From: Mustelus asterias
Lineage: Eukaryota
Assembly: GCF_964213995.1 (NCBI RefSeq)
Contig: NW_027590699.1
Location: 124,001-188,000, forward strand
Length of the DNA: 64,000 nucleotides
Direction of reading: 5' to 3'
This document shows, piece by piece, positions 50,050 to 62,209 of this stretch (position 1 is its first letter; every line of letters begins with the position of its first letter). The notes under the pieces are model-generated. The model had not been told where the DNA came from. It ran no database searches and was given only the letters and a program-made list of their open reading frames with translations. The position numbers and the translations under genes are program-made.

Positions 50050-50337
50050 TAATGTATTAGTGTCACAAGCCGGCTAACATTAACACTGCAATGAAGTTAC
50101 TGTGAAAATCCCCGAGTCGCCACACTTGCGTACACTGGGTCCACTGAGGGAGAATTTAGCATGACCAATCCACCTAACCCGCACGTCTTTTGGATTGTGG
50201 GAGGAAACTGGGGCACCCGAAGGAAACCCATGCAGACACGGGGAGAATGTGCAGGCTCTGCACAGACAGTGACCCATGCTGGGAATCAAACCCAGATCCC
50301 AAGTGCTGTGAGACAGCAATGCTAACCACTCTGCCAA
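50050..50337 (-). mobile_element. V-SINE (HE1-like)
   Basis: tRNA head plus V-domain; inserted in the intron before the ZNF8 finger exon. Confidence 0.85.
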
Positions 50338-50760
50338 ACGAGTGGGGAAAAATGTTCCATAGAAACTAGAATTGTCTATTCTGAATTTCTATCTTGTACT
50401 GATAGTGATGACTTTTGTAAATTCCTTTTACAGGATATCAGAAGGTGAGGATTTACAGACAGAAATCCCAAACCACACATCACATCAATATCTGACAGTC
50501 ACTCAATTCACCGGGACCTGAATATCATCAGCCTTTGAATGTAGGAGAAATGTTTGTCTATTTTGTCTGCAACAGAAAATTTTAAACTGGAAAAGCACCT
50601 GGACGCACAGAGATCCGAGTGAGAGTGTTTCAGCTTTAACTAGTTACACAGTTTTTCAAAACATTACCCTTTGGAGTCGGGAAAGACACTCTCCGTCGTC
50701 TGTGTTTGTGGACACCTCAGTTGGTTCTTGAATGTGGAGAGTCACAAGGACACCTGCACC

Positions 50761-51383
50761 ATGGAGAAACCTTGGGAATGTGGGAAGGGATTCGTTACCC
50801 CATCAAGACTGGAAAGTCACCGACGCGTTCGCACTGTGGAAAGGCCATTTACTTGCTCTGATTGTGGGAAGGGAGTCACTCAGTTATCCCACCTGTGGAG
50901 ACATCAGTGAATTCACACAGAGGAGAGGCCTTTTATCTGCACTGAATGTGGGAAGGGATTCACTCAGTCATTCAACCTGCTCGGACACCAGCGAGTTCAC
51001 ACTGGAGAGAGGCCGTTCATCTGCACTGAGTGTGGAAAGGGATTCAGAGATTCATCCACTCTGCAGAAGTACCAGAGAGTTCACACTGGGGAAAGACCAT
51101 TCACTTGCTTTGATTATGGGAAGCGATTCCGAGATTCCTCCACCCAGGTGAGACACCATCAATTTTATACGGGGAGAGACTGTTCACCTGCTCTGACTGT
51201 GGGAAGGGATTCACTCAGTTATCCACCCTGCAGACACACCAGCGAGTTCACACCGGGGAGACGCCATTCACCTGCTCTCAGTGTGGGGAAGGATTCACTC
51301 GGTCAACTTCCCTGCTGAGACACCAGCAAGTTCACATTTGCTTACATGAGGTGGATTCTGCTGTTAATCACATCCAGGACTGA
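50761..51383 (+). pseudogene. ZNF8 pseudogene (about 7 degenerate fingers)
   Basis: ATG at 50761; first finger lacks CxxC residues; stop at 50908-50910; later frameshift. Confidence 0.85.
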
Positions 51384-51544
51384 ACCATGTTCATTCTGAC
51401 AGTTGGTAAAGTGGGAGAGTCGGAGGGTTCCTTTGAGCCTGGGAGAGCACATTTCCACTGAAATGATCCACAACAACTGATGAAGGACATTTATTTACTC
51501 CAGGAGAGTAAATAGTGTTTTTCCCCTACTACATGCAGCTCTAA

Positions 51545-51940
51545 AATGAACACAAAGAACTGGAAAAATGCAGCCGGTCTGGCAGCATCTGTGGAGAAGA
51601 ATTTTGTAGAACAGAAGCAAAAGGCGAGGTAATGGTTGTCGTAAAGAAGTGAGTGTTCAGGACAGAATAATGAACATCGCTGTCTGAAACAAAAAACCAT
51701 GAAAACAAGTTCAGGGGGTGAAGTTGTTGAACTCAATGTTGAGTCCAGAAGGCTGTGAAGTGCCTCATCGGAAGATGAGGGGCTGTTTGTCCAGCTTGTG
51801 TTGGGCTTCTCCGGAACATTGCAGCAGGCCGAGGACAGTAATGTGAGCGTGAGAGCAAGGTGGTGAATTCTGATGACAAGCAAGCGGAAGGTCAGGGTCA
51901 TGCTTGTGGACTGAGCGGAGGTGTTCCACAAAGAGGGCAT
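51545..51940 (-). mobile_element. Penelope-like GIY-YIG remnant, paralogous to 6470-7090
   Basis: EHLRSVHKHDPDLPLACHQNSPPCSHAHITVLGLLQCSGEAQHKLDKQPLIFR*; shares the R* stop with the 6.6-kb copy. Confidence 0.75.
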
Positions 51941-53450
51941 GGAACAGGCTACAGAGGGGCTGAAGAGAAACCATTTGTGTCCAGAACATTGTGAACATCC
52001 TTTTACTCTGGTTGTCTTTGATCCTCAGGTCATTTTCTGTTTGTTTTAACCATGTTCTGTTTCATTAATAAACTTTTATCAGTAAAAATATTTGATTTTT
52101 CTGGACTTTTCCTGATTGTGAAGCTGAAATATCTGTATCAGAAGGCCCCAGCCTCGGAGAATAAGTAGTTAATTGTATCAAATTGGCCCCAGCTTTTTGA
52201 AACTTCTGTGGTTTTTTTCCCCCTGGTCAATCGCAAAGATCCCAATCTAGTCATAATTTGAAAATTTGTATTCGATGATGTGCTTATCTTAAATACGACT
52301 GAAGGGGAAAATTATTAACCAATTTACAGGGTTTTTGACAGAATACATAAGACACTACAAACAAAGAGTTAAATGATTCTTGAAACAAGGATAATATGGG
52401 AATGAAACAAATACTTTACAAATATGTGGATGCAATAAGAGAATTAAATAAATAACTATGATTATAAAACATATATGCTCATATTTTAAATGTAATTTAT
52501 GTATTGAATGAATTATTGTTCATTTCAAGCAAAAGCAAGTCACTGTAAGGTATGATGACAAATCGAAGAATTGAGAGCCAGTGGCCTGGGAGCCTTAGTA
52601 GTTGCAGAATTAATATCTAAAAGTTTCTGGCGAGGGAACGCATTTTGCAACTTTATGAATGGGGACATTCAATGTTTAGACATAGAATAGATCGTACTGG
52701 GACTCAGGATCACGTGTCTATCCAGTTTTGGAAATGAGCCGGTGGGAATGTTCATTTTGACCTCCTCACACAGAGATACCTGCCTCGTGAGCTTTATATT
52801 GTCTGTAGTTAACGACAGTATTGGTCATCTCAAATTATCCCACAACACGAGTCATAATTTGGAAATTTGCAATCGATGATGTGCTTATGTGAAATACACC
52901 TCATTCTCTTGGTTTCACCCCATGGTTTGCACATCTGTTCTGTATGTGTTCTCTATCTAGCTTGTGGTTTGCCTGTCTGGGAAGTATTTCATCGGACGAT
53001 ATATAGAGAGATACACTCTGTTAACCCACGCTGCAGCGACACTGATACTGTTTTTAAGGGACAGTGTATAGGAAACTATCTTCTGCCACACACTGTCCTG
53101 CATCGGCCTCGAATGAATGAGCCTTTTGCTGTTTAGAATTACCTGAAACTCGTCAGTGACAGACTAGTTTATGCATGAAATCACCGCGGTTCTCCTCATT
53201 ATTCATTCATTCTGTATCTGGATTTTATCATAAAAAGGCAGAGATGAAGGTGTATTTACACGGATGGGTCACTGGGTGGCGCAGTGACTCACTAAAGGGA
53301 ATTGAGTTCAACCACATCCCACATATGACTGGGGAAAATCCCTGTCTGGGAAAGAGGGGAAACCGTGTAATAGGGAAAATGGGGCGGAGTTGATGTGTTT
53401 TGGAGAACGGAACTAAGCCAAGCCAGAGATGGTTAAAATTTCATTCAATA

Positions 53451-53456
53451 TTTATT
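53451..53456 (-). terminator. Putative polyA signal of membrane IgM transcript
   Basis: AATAAA on the minus strand about 450 bp after the TM2 stop. Confidence 0.55.
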
Positions 53457-53909
53457 TTAAAAATTCAGAGAATATTTTACAGCAACATTATTTTTTTAAA
53501 GTTAGAAAAGTGAACATAACGATCGAGCTTCACATTGAGAACAGAACAGATGCACAGGGAATCCGTCAGTATCTGTACATCTGTTACATACAGCAGAAAG
53601 ACAAAACAGGACCTTACTACAAAGAGGAATTATCAATTGTGAAGAAGGAATGAGAAAAGTTTCTTATTTATACATGATCTTTAAACTACGGAGAAACTAT
53701 TAACCACAATTACATTATAACAAAAAATGCCTCGTACATTTCACACTGAAAACTGAATTAACGTCTATGATTGTCTCAGTTACAGATTCAGAATGATAAA
53801 CTGAGAGAATTTTACTGATAGAGTCACCGAGAGCAGATATTGTATTTGATCCATACAGAGATCTTGATAATCAGCTGAGGGGAATCTGCAGCTTCCAAAA
53901 TTCAACCCA

Positions 53910-53918
53910 TCATTTGAT
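53910..53918 (-). CDS. IGHM: IgM TM2 exon coding part (IK*, cytoplasmic tail KIK)
   Basis: ttcttttacag|ATC AAA TGA. Confidence 0.85.
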   Translation of the reverse strand: MK

Positions 53919-54058
53919 CTGTAAAAGAAAGATACAATAATGTAGCAGATGTTGATGATGCGGGACATTAATGTTAGAGTTTTTAATCAGCGAAACATTG
54001 AGAATTTTTTCAAATCCATTCTGCCAGTTTGAAATGTGAGTGAATTGAATCATCTCAC

Positions 54059-54186
54059 CTTCACCAGAGTGACCGCAGTGCTGTAGAAAATGCTCAGGAA
54101 GAACAGGACGATGAATGTAGAAGCGGTTGTCCAGATGTTGCTGTTATCATCCCCATTGTCGTCAATCCAGACGCGGTCGGTGGAGT
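54059..54186 (-). CDS. IGHM: IgM TM1 exon
   Basis: cccctag|..[43 protein letters not shown]|gtgag; CART motif; phase 1 in, phase 0 out. Confidence 0.95.
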
Positions 54187-54749
54187 CTAGGGGACGGAGA
54201 CCAGGAACTGAAATTAGATTACTTTATTTATCCAGGTGAACTTATTGTTATTTTTATGTGCCCCGTTCTCCTTTTTAAACTGTTCATTTAATCTCGAATT
54301 TATTTTTCAATGTATATCTACTGTTCAATTCAGGACACTCAGTAACCGATCTCCGTAACTATTTTCACACCTGATCTTTATTGACATTCCTTGGACAGTC
54401 CATGTCAGAAAACACTGAAGATGTTTAGTGGAGTATCAGTTCATTTTTGAACTATTTGCCACTATCCCTTATTGAAGAATGTTATGACTGATATCGTTCA
54501 CTGATCAATGATCGTGTTCACAGATGGTTACTGATCTGTAAACTGTGAATGTTGTTGTTTAAGACTTGGGATGTAATTTCCGATCTGTGCTTCTTTATGG
54601 TGGAAATAGATCATGAGCTTAATTCAGCTTCTCAATGTGTTTGGCTGTTCATTGTACATTGGGATAGTAAATCTGTGGATATGTGCATTAAAAAATCACC
54701 TTTAAATATTACATTCATCATTTGCCTACCGTTTGTATTTAAGATCTTG

Positions 54750-55618
54750 CGTTTGTGTGCGTGTGCATGAGCATGCCCTGGTCTGCATTAATCTTTGGCT
54801 CTGAGTTAATATATGTGCAAGAGTGTTAATGTTCATTTGCCTATGGTTCATTTGCCTATGGTTGTTGATTTGTGAAGTTGTGTGTCTGCATCTGTGTGTA
54901 TATTTTATTCTTCTGTCATTGTGTATGTATGACTCTATTATTGTGTGAATTCTATGAATATTTATTAATGCCATTCGTAATGGGTGCACATGTGTTTATG
55001 CCTATTGCTATGTGTTAATTTCTGTCACTCTAGTAATGTTTGTTTCCCTTTCTGTGTCCGTCTGTTTCTCCGTGTGTCTGTGTGCATGTCTGTTAACAGG
55101 TCAGTATATGCATATACGTGTTGATTGTTCTTTATAACGGTGTGTTGATGTATGTTTGTGTTTCGATGTGTAGTAATGTGTGCTGTGGTGTTCTGTTCTG
55201 TATGAGCATGTTAATGTTTGCGTCTACATGTTTGCGTGTAAATATTTTGCAGTCTGTTCATCTATATGCATTCTGCTAATTTGTTTATATATATTTCCAT
55301 GTATGTTTGTTAATGTGTATAACATTGTGCGTCTTTATATCTATATTCCTGTCAGCGTGAATGTGTGCTAATAAATATGTATTTATTTGAGTCTATGTAT
55401 TTGCTTGTGTATTTATGTAGCTCTGCATGCGTGTGTATCTGTCTGTATTGTATCTCTGCATGTATTTGTTTGTGTTTGGGTCTGTGTACCTACCCACATA
55501 TGTGAATGTGTATGTACTTGTGTGTTTTATGTGTATATGTGTGCGTTTGTACATATTTGATTATTTACGTATGTTGTTGTTTTAGTGCCTGTTTGTACAA
55601 GCGCGAGTCTATGAATTG

Positions 55619-55664
<46 letters not shown>

Positions 55665-56540
55665 AAGAATGTGTGTGTGTGCCTATGTATACTTGTGTAC
55701 GGATGTATTTATGTATGGGTGTATTTTTGTGTGAGTGTATTTGTGTCTGTGTGTATTTGTGTGTGTATTTTTGTTTGTGCCTGTGTAGTCCATGAGTGCA
55801 TTTGTGTGTGCATTCTTGTTTCTCTGCATGTGTGTTCGTTTGTGCAAGTACTGCATGTACCTATGGTGTGTGAAAGTGTATCTGTGTGTATGCATGTATC
55901 TGTGTGTTTTTGTGCATGTGTATGTGCTGTGTATGTGTGCTTCTATGTCTGTATTTGAATGCGCCTGTCCGTATTTCTGTATATGTGCATGCATTTGTGT
56001 GTGTGTATTTACATGTGTCTTTCTGCATTTGTGCGCATATTTGTGAATATGTGTATTTGTGCGTGTATTTGTGCATTTGTGTCTGTGTGTGTGTGTGTGT
56101 GTGTATGTGTACGCCTATGTGTGTATTTATAATTGTGACAGTTTTGTGCGGTATTGTCAGTGTGTGTATTTTTTAACTGTTGCTTCAAGTTTCACCGGCA
56201 ATCATTAACTGAACATGATCCAAACAATATGAATAATGGAGCATATTTTCAGTGTTTGCTGTATAAATTTCTTTTATGTGAGTGGCACGGTGATATCAGG
56301 AGAGCGAATGAAATAATTCATTGATGCATCTCAGAAACCTCAGTGACAGAACAGTGAAAACCGGGGAGGATTCTATTATTTGTTTAAATTCGTATCATGG
56401 GAAATCAATGCCAGCACATGATTAACAGGAACAAGAGTGTTGAAACATTTATAAATTATGTTGCATAAGTATATATATATATAAGTATACATTCATATAT
56501 ATATATATATAAGTATATATATATATAAGTATATGTATAT
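54750..56540. repeat. TG/TA-rich low-complexity and microsatellite tract in the CH4-TM intron
   Basis: (gt)n, (ga)n, (ta)n and degenerate tgtgtat repeats. Confidence 0.9.
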
Positions 56541-57308
56541 TATATGCTTCAATGACACTTTGATAATGATACTTCAAAATCTGCAGCAAGTCAACCGGAA
56601 GCTAATTTGTGCTGTCGACAACTGGGCCCTTGTAGTAGAGAGCCGTTCCCTTCCAAACACGCTACTTGGGAAGAGGGAGGAGAGTGAGCTCATAGTTTCC
56701 CTCTCTCTACCTGGTGAAGCAATGTGCCTGATGGTTCTAACCACTGACGAGGTGGAGGTGAGTGGATTAAATAATGACATTCCTCCTCTTTTCATTGAGG
56801 AAGTGGTGGTACATGGGTTAGCTACTGCTCCTCCCCTCTCTTTGTTGGGTGAGTAGGAATCCGGTATGTTAACAATTTCACTCTCCCTCTCTCTGATGGG
56901 GGGATTGTTGCTCCATGTTTCGGGTGTGACCCTCACTTCAGTTCCCAGTGGGTGTGGTGCAGCAGCTTAAATATGACATCAATACGTAAAGGCATGGGCA
57001 ACGAGAGAAGAAGGAGCACCGAGATCTAAATGTTGTGTTTGTTTGTCAGAAATGTTGAAATTGTCGGAGTTTTCCTCAGCGAGGAAAGTCGGTGAAGATA
57101 TTTTGCAGAATCCTGTAATGAATGTGCTCCACTCTGTCTCTACCACAGGGTGTATCTGAGCTGGGCGCACTGGTTCAACAAGACTTGGGCCTGAGACCTG
57201 AAAATACCTGACTCAAACCAAAGATATCTAATGGAAGTAAAACTGAAAAACAATCAATTAAGTGTTTGGCTATTTCATTTGTCGTTAGAGGAAAAATATT
57301 TTATTATT

Positions 57309-57314
57309 TTTATT
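57309..57314 (-). terminator. polyA signal of secreted IgM transcript
   Basis: AATAAA about 28 nt after the secretory stop. Confidence 0.75.
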
Positions 57315-57341
57315 GAAGTTTTTAATGTCCGCGAATGATTC

Positions 57342-57733
57342 TCATTGACATGAATTAACGGTGTCCATCAGTGCAAGGGAAATGTTCACAAAACTGGGTT
57401 TACCGCTGGATTTGTCAACTGTTCTGTTGATGATCTTCAAGGGGATGGCTTCATGTCCCACCACACAGGAGTAAGAAGCACCGCTGGACCACTCCTCTGC
57501 TGCAATGGATAACAGGCTGTACATGAAGAAGGAGCTATTGCCGTTCTCCGCGACCACCTCGGTGTTCCTGTAGTTCCCAGGATTCACTGGCTTGTCGTTG
57601 ACGGTCCATGTGACGAAGATCTCTCTGGGGGAGAAACCTCTCACTAAGCAGCTGAGAGAGACAAATCTCTGAGCGGAGACTTCTTCTGCCGAGGGCAGGA
57701 GGACTGAGACGAACGGTTCCCGCGGATTTAGAT
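57342..57733 (-). CDS. IGHM: IgM CH4 exon plus secretory tailpiece (internal donor at 57404 for the membrane form)
   Basis: ttttctgcag|[56 protein letters not shown]|[19 protein letters not shown]; NIS glycosylation site and penultimate Cys; cryptic donor G|gtaaac. Confidence 0.97.
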
Positions 57734-58228
57734 CTGCAGAAAATGTAGAATAAATGTCAATAAACTGGAGAATTCTGGAGACAATGAAACTGCTGGCTAG
57801 ATATCAGAAAAATGTGCTTCGCTTTCGATTTTAAATGTTTCTATTTTTGACTTCCAGCTTGGAGGAGAGGTGAACACAATTGTTTTCTCAAATAACTCAG
57901 CGGGTTGGACTGGAAAGTTTCAGAAAGTTTACAGCACTGAATCAGGCTCTTCGGCCCAACTGATCTGCTTTTTTATTGGTTTTCATGCTCCACATCAGGC
58001 TCCTCCCTCCTTATTCGATCTAAACCCAATAACATCGCCTTCAGTTCACTTTTCATTCATCAACACATCAAATTTCCCCGTAAAAATATCTGCAGGACCA
58101 GAGTCTTTAGTTAGTGGAGTTTCCAATCAGGAGACACCATTAATGCACTGAATACTGAATATTGACCAGTACACTGACACTGGAAATAGACACAGTGACG
58201 CATTTATTGCTTCAATCTCTCAGCTCAC

Positions 58229-58537
58229 CTGTTTCCTTGTGGATGGATTTTCTTAACGGAGTCGGCAGATCCTGATGGCTCACCACGCAGTCAAACACAG
58301 CCGCACTCAGCCAGGCTTGTGTCGAGATGTTTAAGTTGCTGACCACGCTGTCAGGATCCGCTCCAGGCTTTTCGGCAATCTCTGATTTCAAATACTTCCT
58401 GTCTCGGATCCAGGACACGTTGACTCCATAAGGAGCATTAGAAACGATGCAGGTTAAGGTCACGGTAGCCTCCATTAAGACCTGTTCTATTGGTGGTGGC
58501 TGTATCGTCACTGTGGTATCAGGGCACTGGGAAGGAC
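58229..58537 (-). CDS. IGHM: IgM CH3 exon
   Basis: tcattcacag|..[54 protein letters not shown]|gtgag; 309 bp. Confidence 0.96.
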
Positions 58538-58984
58538 CTGTGAATGACAAATGAAAATCCACCCTAGTTCTCTTTCAGAAGCAGGACAGCAGTCTTCAGC
58601 CTGAAGGAGACGTAGTCGCCTTCGAGATATCAACGTCTAACTATCACCTTTCAACTTCGATGGAGGATGGAAAACCAGCCTGCTCTGTGAAACTATTCTT
58701 TTTATTAAAGTATTTTAGCAACAGTATCATTCTCATGAATCAGGATTGCAGCATTCCTAAACAAATACACCATCCTGAACTCAGGAAAAAAGTACTGACC
58801 GTTGGCTTATCAGTAGGGTGGATGTACTTTCCAATATTTTACCCCTATACTGTGACCTGTGAAACAGTCCGACACCGACTGTCTCTCCAAATCTTACCAG
58901 CTGTCTCAGGAAAAAGCTGACATCAAGGCCACCTCGCTCACTATATTACTTCAAAATGGAAGTGAACACGATTTCCAGGTGAGT

Positions 58985-59275
58985 CGGTGGCATGGTGGTG
59001 TTGTCAATGGGCTTGTAACCTAGGGCATGACTCTGGGGACACATATTCGAATCTCACCACTGCAGATGGTGAAATTTGACTTTAATAAAAATCTATGATT
59101 AAAAGTCAAATGATCATCATGAAGCCATTGTTGTAAAAACCCACCTGGTTCACGAATGCCCTTTAGAAAAGTAAATCTGCTGTCTTTATCTGGCCTGGCA
59201 TGCATGTGACTCCAGGTCCACAGCAATGTGGTTGACACTTAAGTGCCCTCTGGGATGGGAAATAAATACACATCT
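58985..59275 (+). mobile_element. tRNA-derived SINE, second family, in the CH2-CH3 intron
   Basis: Same core as 16650-17010. Confidence 0.7.
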
Positions 59276-59453
59276 CATGAAGGAATAACAAAAATTGCTG
59301 TTGTGATGAAATTCTCAATGAGCCACTGTCCTAATGCAGCAAACCACATGACAGTAAATCCGAAGTTGTTCTATCTTTGTACTAACTTTAATAGATCCCT
59401 AATTTCGATTAACATCGAAATGATATATTTTATCCTCGGTTTGAGTCTCTTAC

Positions 59454-59759
59454 CCAGAGATCCGCTGATGTTCTGACTCTGAGTGAATCCTTGATGAGTG
59501 ACCTGGCAGGTATAGACTGCTTTGCTGAACCATTCCCGAGCGGAGACTATCAGCCGACTGCTCGCCGAGAAGTTCCCATTCACTTCACAGGCGGAAGAGG
59601 TGACAATTCCTGAATCCATGGGTTGGCCATTCTTCAGCCACTTCACCGTCATAGACTTTGGCTGGAAATCGATGATCGAACAGACGATGGTTGCAAATTT
59701 CCTGCTTGTGATTTCGTCACTGGAACTCACGGTAAGGATAACGGTTGGGGGGATGTCGC
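59454..59759 (-). CDS. IGHM: IgM CH2 exon
   Basis: tttgtttaag|[54 protein letters not shown]..|gtaag; 306 bp. Confidence 0.95.
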
Positions 59760-59864
59760 CTTAAACAAACACATGTTTAGACGTTACTTGCCGAATCAAT
59801 TGATAACAATTAAAATTAGTTCTTATATTTTAGCAGGAGAGCTACCGACTTGAGAATGATATCC

Positions 59865-60570
59865 GTGGTTTGGTTGAATGGGCAGGGAATTGGCGAATCG
59901 AATTCAACCGTCAGAAGTGTCACGCAATGCATTTGGGGAGGTCAAACAAAGCAAGGGGATAGTCAATAAACTGGAAGGTTGAGAGGGATTGTGGAAATGC
60001 GAGACCTTGGAATGCATTTCCACAGGTCTTGTAGATGCTAGGACAGCTGCAAGTTGATCAGAAAATCATGTGGGTTAGTTCCTCCATTATGTGAGATATT
60101 GAGTTCCAAAACAGGGATGCAATGATGGAGCTGTATAAAATGCCAGTTAGGCCACGGTTGGAGTTTGCTGTACAGTTCTGGTCACCACATTGCAGGAATG
60201 ACGTGATGACTCTGGAGAGAGATGAGGTTTACAAGAATGTTTCCGGGGCTGAGAATTGCAGCGATGAGGAGAGATTGGACAGGCAGGGATTGTTCTCCTC
60301 AGAAAAAGAAGAGGCTGAGGCGTGACGTAATTGTGGTTCACAAAATTATAAGGGATGTAGGCTGAAAATTTCACCCCCCAAGTGGAAGGCTCAATTACCA
60401 GGGAGCATGGTCATTTAAAAGGTATCTGGGTCTCCATCTCAAGTGCTTTCGCCTGCAAAGCTACGGATCAAGGGCTGGAAAATAGGCTTAAAATGTCTGG
60501 CTAGTGTATTTGTTCTCCCTTTTGGCCAGACATGATGGGCTAAATGGCCTCATTCTGCACAGTTACATTT
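59865..60570 (+). mobile_element. Old CR1 fragment in the CH1-CH2 intron
   Basis: Degenerate VRPRLEFAVQFWSPH. Confidence 0.75.
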
Positions 60571-60712
60571 CTGTTGGTCTTTGGTTCTCAGCAACTTTTC
60601 AGTCATAATTTGCATAATTCAAAATTTTCAGAGTGCTACAAATCAGTTATAACTAAGGCCTTATATAGTTCAATCACAGCGTCCCTCTCTTGCCCAGGTT
60701 CCACACACTTAC

Positions 60713-61012
60713 ATTGCATTCCAATGCTTTTGTCTGAGCCGCTGTGTCGAACCTCACAGTCAATTTTGCTGCAGTCTCCCTCTGACTCGGTGATGGTTAA
60801 CTGGCTGCTCAGTGTGTAGGTTCCCTTCGTGTTTCTCACTGATGGGTATGTCTTAAACCCAGTGGTGATCGGCAGCCCATTTTTCTTCCAGGTCAGTTTG
60901 GAGACATCTGGAGAGTAGTCCATCGCCAAACAGCCATAGGTGACGGAACCGTCGGAGTTGTGTTGATGACAGGAGGAGACCAGGCTGTAGAGAGTCGGAG
61001 GAGATGGTGTCG
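60713..61012 (-). CDS. IGHM: IgM CH1 exon
   Basis: ttcattcccag|[70 protein letters not shown]|gtaag; 300 bp. Confidence 0.96.
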
Positions 61013-61274
61013 CTGGGAATGAATAGTCGATTGAACAAGTTAGACTCTTATTTGCTTTTATTAATTAATCAAACATGTTTATACAAATATGGTTCTATAT
61101 TAGATATTGCTCTTGGGGCTAATGAGATCAAGGGATATGGGTGGTCGGCGGGATCAGGATATTGATGAGCCATGGTCAAAGTGAATGGCAGACAGGCTCA
61201 AAGGGCTGAACAGCCGGCTCCTGCTTCGATTTTCTAAGTTTCTACGTCAAGATTTGACTAGAATTATGAACTTA

Positions 61275-61537
61275 TCCCCGGCTGTCTGCCCTCTCCCCCG
61301 GGTCTCTATCCGTTCCCCGGCTCTCTGCCCTCTGTCCCAGCTCCCTACCCTCTTCCCTGGGTCTCTACCCTTTCTCCGGGTGCTTTGCCCTTTCCCCCAG
61401 CTCCCTGCCCTCTGTCCCGGCTCTAAACATTTCCCCCCAGCTGTCTACACTTTCCCGGGCTCTTCGCCCTTTCCCCAGGTTATTTGCCCTTTCGCCCAGC
61501 TCTCTGCTCTCTCCCCCGGCTCTCTGCCTTTCCCCCG
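61275..61537. repeat. Degenerate 20-bp repeat (ccccggctctctgccctttc) in the J-C intron, G-rich on the IgM sense strand
   Basis: About 13 degenerate units visible. Confidence 0.85.
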
Positions 61538-62205
61538 TCTGTGTGTGTGTATGTGTATATGCGAGTGTGTCTTTATGTGTATGAGAAAGAGATATGTGTT
61601 GGTTATGTAGTATACGTGTGTGAGAGAGAGAGTGTGTCTAAGATACAGTGAGAGAGAAAAAACACGGTATGTGTGAGTGTTCAGGATAGAGTCCGTGTGT
61701 GAAAGAGAGAGAGTTAATTTACCTGCGCGTGACAGTGAGTGTGTGATAGATGTTGGGATGAGAATGAGAGAGAGATTGAGCATGTGAGAGAATGTGTATG
61801 AGATAGGGTGTTATTGTGTGAGTGGGAGAGGGAGAGATTTTCTGTGTGGTGTTTCTGTGAGAGACATGTGTGTGTGAGATCCTAAGTTTGTAAATGTGTG
61901 AGACACGGTGTCTGTGTGTAAGAGGAGAGAGTGGGTGTGACTAAGGGTGTATGAGAGACAGAGAATGTGTGTATGTGACAGAGAGAGATAATGTAGTTGC
62001 ACATGACAGTGAGTTTGTTGCAGATTATTGGTGACAGAATGAGAGAGACAGATAGAGAACGTGTGAGAATATATGTGAGATAGGGTGTGTTTGCGAGAGA
62101 GAGAGAGAGACAGACGAGGTAGAGAGAGTTCTTCTGTATGAGTGTGTGCGTGAAAGAGAGAAACTTTGTGAGTGGTGTGTGTGTGAGGATGTCTGAGGCA
62201 CATGT
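61538..62205. repeat. GT/GA-rich low-complexity tract
   Basis: Directly visible. Confidence 0.85.
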
Positions 62206-62209
62206 CATG

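Noticed and set aside
7356-51383. KRAB, SCAN or BTB domains and specific ZNF gene symbols
   Set aside because: No such motifs recognised, and these lineage-specific paralogues cannot be assigned orthology by eye.
55671-56176. Cys/Val- or His/Thr-rich ORFs (also 61445-62208)
   Set aside because: Translations of TG/CA microsatellite-like sequence.
60740-60780. CH1 KIDC instead of a YxC-type motif as a sign of pseudogenisation
   Set aside because: Both canonical Cys residues and the Trp are present, and all exons are open with correct splice phases.
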